In this document: positions 60,030 through 64,000 of the stretch, piece after piece
Layout of the letters: every line of letters begins with the position of its first letter
How positions within the stretch are numbered: position 1 is the stretch's first letter
DNA from: Lysobacterales bacterium
GTDB taxonomy: Bacteria; Pseudomonadota; Gammaproteobacteria; Xanthomonadales; SZUA-5
Reading direction: 5' to 3'
NCBI GenBank assembly: GCA_022844165.1
Contig: JALHMH010000019.1
Location: 1-64,000, forward strand
DNA: 64,000 nt
Notes under the pieces: model-generated
Seen by the model: the letters and a program-made list of their open reading frames with translations, nothing else
Database searches by the model: none
What the model was told of the DNA's origin: nothing
Position numbers and translations under genes: made by a program

Positions 60030-62507
60030 TCAGAACCGGTAGTTCACGGTCAGCCCATATTGGCGCTTGCGCGGTGGCGTGATGACGAAATCGCGCGGGT
60101 TGACGAGCGTCGTCGGTGCAGCTGGCGCTGGCAGTACATTCGGCACCGCGATAAACAGCGCCGGATTCACATAGCGCAGAATATCTTCGGGCGTGTCGTC
60201 GTCGGTAGCATTGCGGACGAACACCGAAACTTCCCAATTGTCGCCAATCGACAGGCCGCCGCGCAGGTTCACGAGCGTGGAGTCGCCCGTCTCCAGGAGA
60301 TTGTCCACCTGGGCGAATCGGGAGCTCTCGTAGTTGGCGTCGCCGCCGATGTACCAGTCCCAGCCGTTGTCCAGTGTGGCGGAGTAGGTCAACCCCAAAC
60401 CGGCTTGGTGCTTGGGCACGCGCGGGAGTTCGGCGCCGCGTGCATTGGCGCAGGCTTGAGTTAAGTTGACTGCATTTGCGCCGCAGAACAGATCTGCCTG
60501 GTCCTGGCTGGCGAAATTCTTGATCTCGCTGTCCTGCAGCGCATAGGTCGCGCGCAGATTCCAGTTCTCGTCGATCAACCAGTCTGCCTCAAGCTCCAGG
60601 CCCGTGACTTCAGATTGGCCAAGATTCGAGGTAAACGAGGTAATGAATATGCCGCCATCGACTCGTGGGGTTGGGCGCGTCTCCGTCAGCTGCTGGTTGT
60701 CCCAGTCGATGCGGTAAAGCGCCGCGTTGAGCGTCAGGCGATTGTCGAGCCACTGCGATTTGACACCCAACTCGTAGGTCCATGCTTCCTCTTCATCGAA
60801 CACATCAAGGCCTTCAGCCAACAGCGCAGCGCGGCCGGTTTCGGTCAAGATCGAGGATTCGACCGCGGTGTTGAATCCGCCCGGTTTGTTGCCTTTTGCG
60901 GCAAGCCCATAAATGCTCACATCATCAGAGATCTCATACCGCAGCGTGCCGCGAGGCAGGAAGTTATCGAAGGTCGCCGACTTGTTGAAATCGCGCACAA
61001 AGGTCGTCGGGCGACCCGCGACAGTGAGCGTGTTCGTTGAGCGCCCGACAATGTCGATCTCGTCCTCGGCGTAACGCGCTTCGAGCGTTCCTGTCAAACG
61101 GTCGGTGAAGTCGAATTCGACCAGAGCGAACAGCGCCTGATTGGTGATTTCGAGCCCTGGGCGCGTCGGGTTCTGGACGGGCCGCGTTCGACTGAAGGCC
61201 GGTGGCAGATTGAAGCCGCCGAGGTTTGCACTCCAGCCGTCCAACGCTTTTTCGTTGTAGTGGTAATAGCCGAACTGTCCCCGCAGACGCGCATCTTGAT
61301 CGGTCGCGACGCGGAATTCCTGGCTCCAGTCGCGCTGGCGACCGAAGTCGATGGTCTCGAAGGCGCCGTTGAAACCGCGTACGCTGGAGAAATCCTGGTC
61401 GATCGCGCTATAGGATTCGGTGGCGTTGTAGGCACTCGTCGAGGTAAACGACCAGCCGTTGTCGAAGGCGTAGTTGCCTTGCAAACTGGTGCGGATGTTC
61501 TCGCGCTCCAGGCCCGGTTCGAAACCGGCGAGGCGAAACTGATCGGTGTTGATCGCATAGATATCCGGTTGCGAAGCGGTGCCGCACAAATAACCACGGG
61601 TGCGGGTTTGCATGCGCACGGCGCCGGCGAACGTGCCGCCGGCTGGGACCGGCAAGAAGCAATTGTTGAAGCCGTTCACGTCGCTCGCGGGTAAGCCATT
61701 GGCTACGCGATTGAGCGGATCGCCGAGCCGGCCGATCGCATAGTGCTCGTCTTGATCTTCGGCGTAGTTAAAGCGCAATGTGAAGTCGAGCTTGTCGGTG
61801 GGCGTCAGGAAAAATGCGCCACCCGCGCTTGCAGTTTTTTGTCCGCCGAGGTCGCGGATGCCGGTGACCGCATTGCGATATTGGCCGCCGAATTCGTAAA
61901 AGCGGACATTGCCCTGGAAGGACAGCAAATCGTCGACGATCGGACCCGCGTAGTTGCCGGCAAATTCGCGCTCGGAATCGCTGGCAATCGTCATCGACAA
62001 CTTGCCCTCAGGTGTGCTGGCTGGTTTGCGCGTGATGAAATTGATGGCGCCGGAAAATGTGCGGCGACCGAATAGCGCAGACTGCGGGCCGCGAATGACT
62101 TCGACCTGTTCGAGGTTGTCCAGGCCGTAGCCGGAAATATTGCCATTGACGAACACGCCATCAATGAAGAACGCGGCATTCGCTTCGCCCTGGATATTCG
62201 ATTGGCCTCGAATGACGGGTCGGTCACCCTCGCGGCCGAAGCCTGAACGGAACGAGAAACCTGGCGTATAGCGCGCGATGTCGTTGATGCGCTCAAGACC
62301 GCGGCGTTCGATGGTCTGCTCGTCGATCACCGATATCGATAGCGGGACCTCTTGCAGCGATTCTTCGACTCGGCGCGCCGTGACCTTGATCGCGTCGAGT
62401 TCGACGGCCTCTTCCTGCGGATCGTTTTGCGCAACGGCGCCGAACGGCAACGCCGCGCCCAATAGCGCGCCAATGGCCAGCGACAAACGGGACGGTTTGA
62501 ATTTCAT
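60030..62507 (-). CDS. TonB-dependent receptor
   Basis: Signal peptide, VTARRVEESLQEVPLS, VEVIRGPQSALFG..GAINFIT, C-terminal YRF. Stop codon 1 bp from the cyclase start. Confidence 0.93.
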   Translation of the reverse strand: MKFKPSRLSLAIGALLGAALPFGAVAQNDPQEEAVELDAIKVTARRVEESLQEVPLSISVIDEQTIERRGLERINDIARYTPGFSFRSGFGREGDRPVIRGQSNIQGEANAAFFIDGVFVNGNISGYGLDNLEQVEVIRGPQSALFGRRTFSGAINFITRKPASTPEGKLSMTIASDSEREFAGNYAGPIVDDLLSFQGNVRFYEFGGQYRNAVTGIRDLGGQKTASAGGAFFLTPTDKLDFTLRFNYAEDQDEHYAIGRLGDPLNRVANGLPASDVNGFNNCFLPVPAGGTFAGAVRMQTRTRGYLCGTASQPDIYAINTDQFRLAGFEPGLERENIRTSLQGNYAFDNGWSFTSTSAYNATESYSAIDQDFSSVRGFNGAFETIDFGRQRDWSQEFRVATDQDARLRGQFGYYHYNEKALDGWSANLGGFNLPPAFSRTRPVQNPTRPGLEITNQALFALVEFDFTDRLTGTLEARYAEDEIDIVGRSTNTLTVAGRPTTFVRDFNKSATFDNFLPRGTLRYEISDDVSIYGLAAKGNKPGGFNTAVESSILTETGRAALLAEGLDVFDEEEAWTYELGVKSQWLDNRLTLNAALYRIDWDNQQLTETRPTPRVDGGIFITSFTSNLGQSEVTGLELEADWLIDENWNLRATYALQDSEIKNFASQDQADLFCGANAVNLTQACANARGAELPRVPKHQAGLGLTYSATLDNGWDWYIGGDANYESSRFAQVDNLLETGDSTLVNLRGGLSIGDNWEVSVFVRNATDDDTPEDILRYVNPALFIAVPNVLPAPAAPTTLVNPRDFVITPPRKRQYGLTVNYRF

Positions 62508-62627
62508 GGCAAATCCTCTCGTTGGGTGAGCCGCGTTGCGCGCGCATACGCGGGGTAAAAACACTATAACATCTGTCATTTGTGTCGCTTGTTGTGCCGA
62601 TTGGCACCGCGCAGCGATCTGTTTCGA

Positions 62628-64000
62628 CTACAGAATTCCTGCGATGTTGACCGCAGCACGTTCGCCGCTCGATAGCGCGGCTTCGATGCCTGGCGCATCG
62701 AAAACCATATGTTCGCCGGCGAAGGCCAGCCGCGGATTGCGTTTGGCGAAACCGGGTAATTCCGATAACGCAGCCTTCACCGCCTGCGCCTGACCCGCCG
62801 TCACTTCGGCGTAGGCGCCACCAATCGTCGGCATCTGCGCCCAGTGCACGGTATGCAACACTTCGACTTTTCCTTTCGATGCCGGACGAATCCTCGCCAG
62901 CTCCAGGTGCACGAACGTGCCGAGTTCGTTGCCCAGGCGCGACGCCCGAATCGCGCCCTGGCCATTCAGCCAGACGATTAGTCGCTCGACATCGCCGTTC
63001 GCGTTGCGTATGGCGAAGACCCGCTCCAAAGCCCCATCGCACCACATCGTCGCCGGCAACCCATCGTCCTGCCAGAAGGGTGCCAGCGGCCGCAGATGAA
63101 CTTGCGTAATCGCGGTCATCGGTCGTGCTCGCCAGAGCGCGGCAACCGAATCGATCCCCGTGACATCGACGAAGCCGATAGCATCGGTGCGCGAACACGG
63201 TACAGCAACAATGACCGCGCGTGCATTCACCCGACCGCCGTCGGCGAGCTTGATCAGACACCCGCGCCGTCGTTGTTCGATGGCGATTACCGCGGCGCCA
63301 AGACGCACTCGATCGCCCAGCTGACGCGCCATCGCGTCCGGTAGCTGCGAGCTGCCGCCGTCGAGCGTCTTGACGCCGCCCGCGGCGCCCGCGTCCTTGC
63401 GCATCGCATCGCGCCGCAGCGCATCCAGTGCCGACGTGCTGTGCAGCGCGTTGTAGTTGGCACCAACATCCGCCAACGCCAGTACGTCTGCAGGCGCCCC
63501 ATGGTCGCGCAAGAATGCGTGCAGCGACACATCCAGGTGATTGTGCTGGTCCAGTTGCCAATCCGCAGATTGTGTCAGAAGGTTATGTTGCTGCATCAGG
63601 CCGCCGAGCAGCGTGGGTGGCAATTGCATGCGCCACGGCTCGATCAGCGTATTGGCGCCAGCTGTGGGCCAGGCGGCTGCGTCGATCAGTTCATCGCCGA
63701 TGCACAACGTCAGCTCGCGCGAAGGCGGAGCGCCGGGGGTACTGAGTTTCAAACCCAACGCTGCGATACGCGCCTGGCATCGCGCATACGAATCTGCGAA
63801 TTCAACAGCGCCTGTTTCAAATCGCAGACCGCCGCTGCTGATCGTCCGCAAACGCCCGCCAACGCGCTCGCTCGCCTCAAAAACGCGTACGCTGGCGCCT
63901 TGCTCTGATAACCTCAGCGCCGCTTCCAGCCCGGCCAATCCTGCGCCGACGATGGCCACATCGATCCGCCCGGTGCTGGCGTGCGTCGCGCCAGCCAGAG
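62628..64000 (-). CDS. Flavin-dependent amine oxidase family protein (5' end outside the window)
   Basis: DVAIVGAGLAGL, EASERVGGR, FAGEH..GIEAALSSGERAA. Frame is open to the window edge. Confidence 0.85.
   Translation of the reverse strand, partial: LAGATHASTGRIDVAIVGAGLAGLEAALRLSEQGASVRVFEASERVGGRLRTISSGGLRFETGAVEFADSYARCQARIAALGLKLSTPGAPPSRELTLCIGDELIDAAAWPTAGANTLIEPWRMQLPPTLLGGLMQQHNLLTQSADWQLDQHNHLDVSLHAFLRDHGAPADVLALADVGANYNALHSTSALDALRRDAMRKDAGAAGGVKTLDGGSSQLPDAMARQLGDRVRLGAAVIAIEQRRRGCLIKLADGGRVNARAVIVAVPCSRTDAIGFVDVTGIDSVAALWRARPMTAITQVHLRPLAPFWQDDGLPATMWCDGALERVFAIRNANGDVERLIVWLNGQGAIRASRLGNELGTFVHLELARIRPASKGKVEVLHTVHWAQMPTIGGAYAEVTAGQAQAVKAALSELPGFAKRNPRLAFAGEHMVFDAPGIEAALSSGERAAVNIAGIL

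Noticed and set aside
62555-62580. Zur- or Pho-like half-sites upstream of the lasso-adjacent receptor (TGTTATAG, CTGTCAT)
   Set aside because: Only isolated half-sites, with no matching partner at the expected spacing.

Overview
A gene-dense, roughly 60% GC chromosomal window, probably from a Xanthomonadales/Lysobacterales-like gammaproteobacterium (inferred from the acpP, pilZ, tdh and petABC sequences and gene order). Most of it is housekeeping: tdh, the bkd operon, fabG-acpP-fabF-pabB-pabC-mltG-holB-pilZ, degS, petABC, ppnN, ompW, an M3 peptidase, class I fumarase, greB, exbBD-like genes, a ZnuD-like receptor, hemW-rdgB-ivd, creD, tsaB, birA and plsY. Five accessory features stand out. 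(1) A complete lasso-peptide (RiPP) cluster lies on the minus strand at about 56.5-62.5 kb. Its order is TonB-dependent receptor, cyclase, a 56-aa precursor (predicted core GGSLGTGDSGSPRTQRR), HPr-kinase-like enzyme, B2 and B1. (2) A tightly coupled operon encodes a coiled-coil protein, a BON-OmpA membrane protein, a Rab-like small GTPase and a hybrid histidine kinase (37.8-42.1 kb). (3) btaAB betaine-lipid genes sit behind a candidate Pho box. (4) A FakA-FakB (DAK2-DegV) fusion is coupled to plsY. (5) A decayed defence-like patch occupies the left end (tandem SLATT-like protein, truncated Fic gene, Uma2 nuclease). No rRNA, tRNA, CRISPR array or transposase was recognised. All calls rest on motif recognition by eye; no database searches were run.
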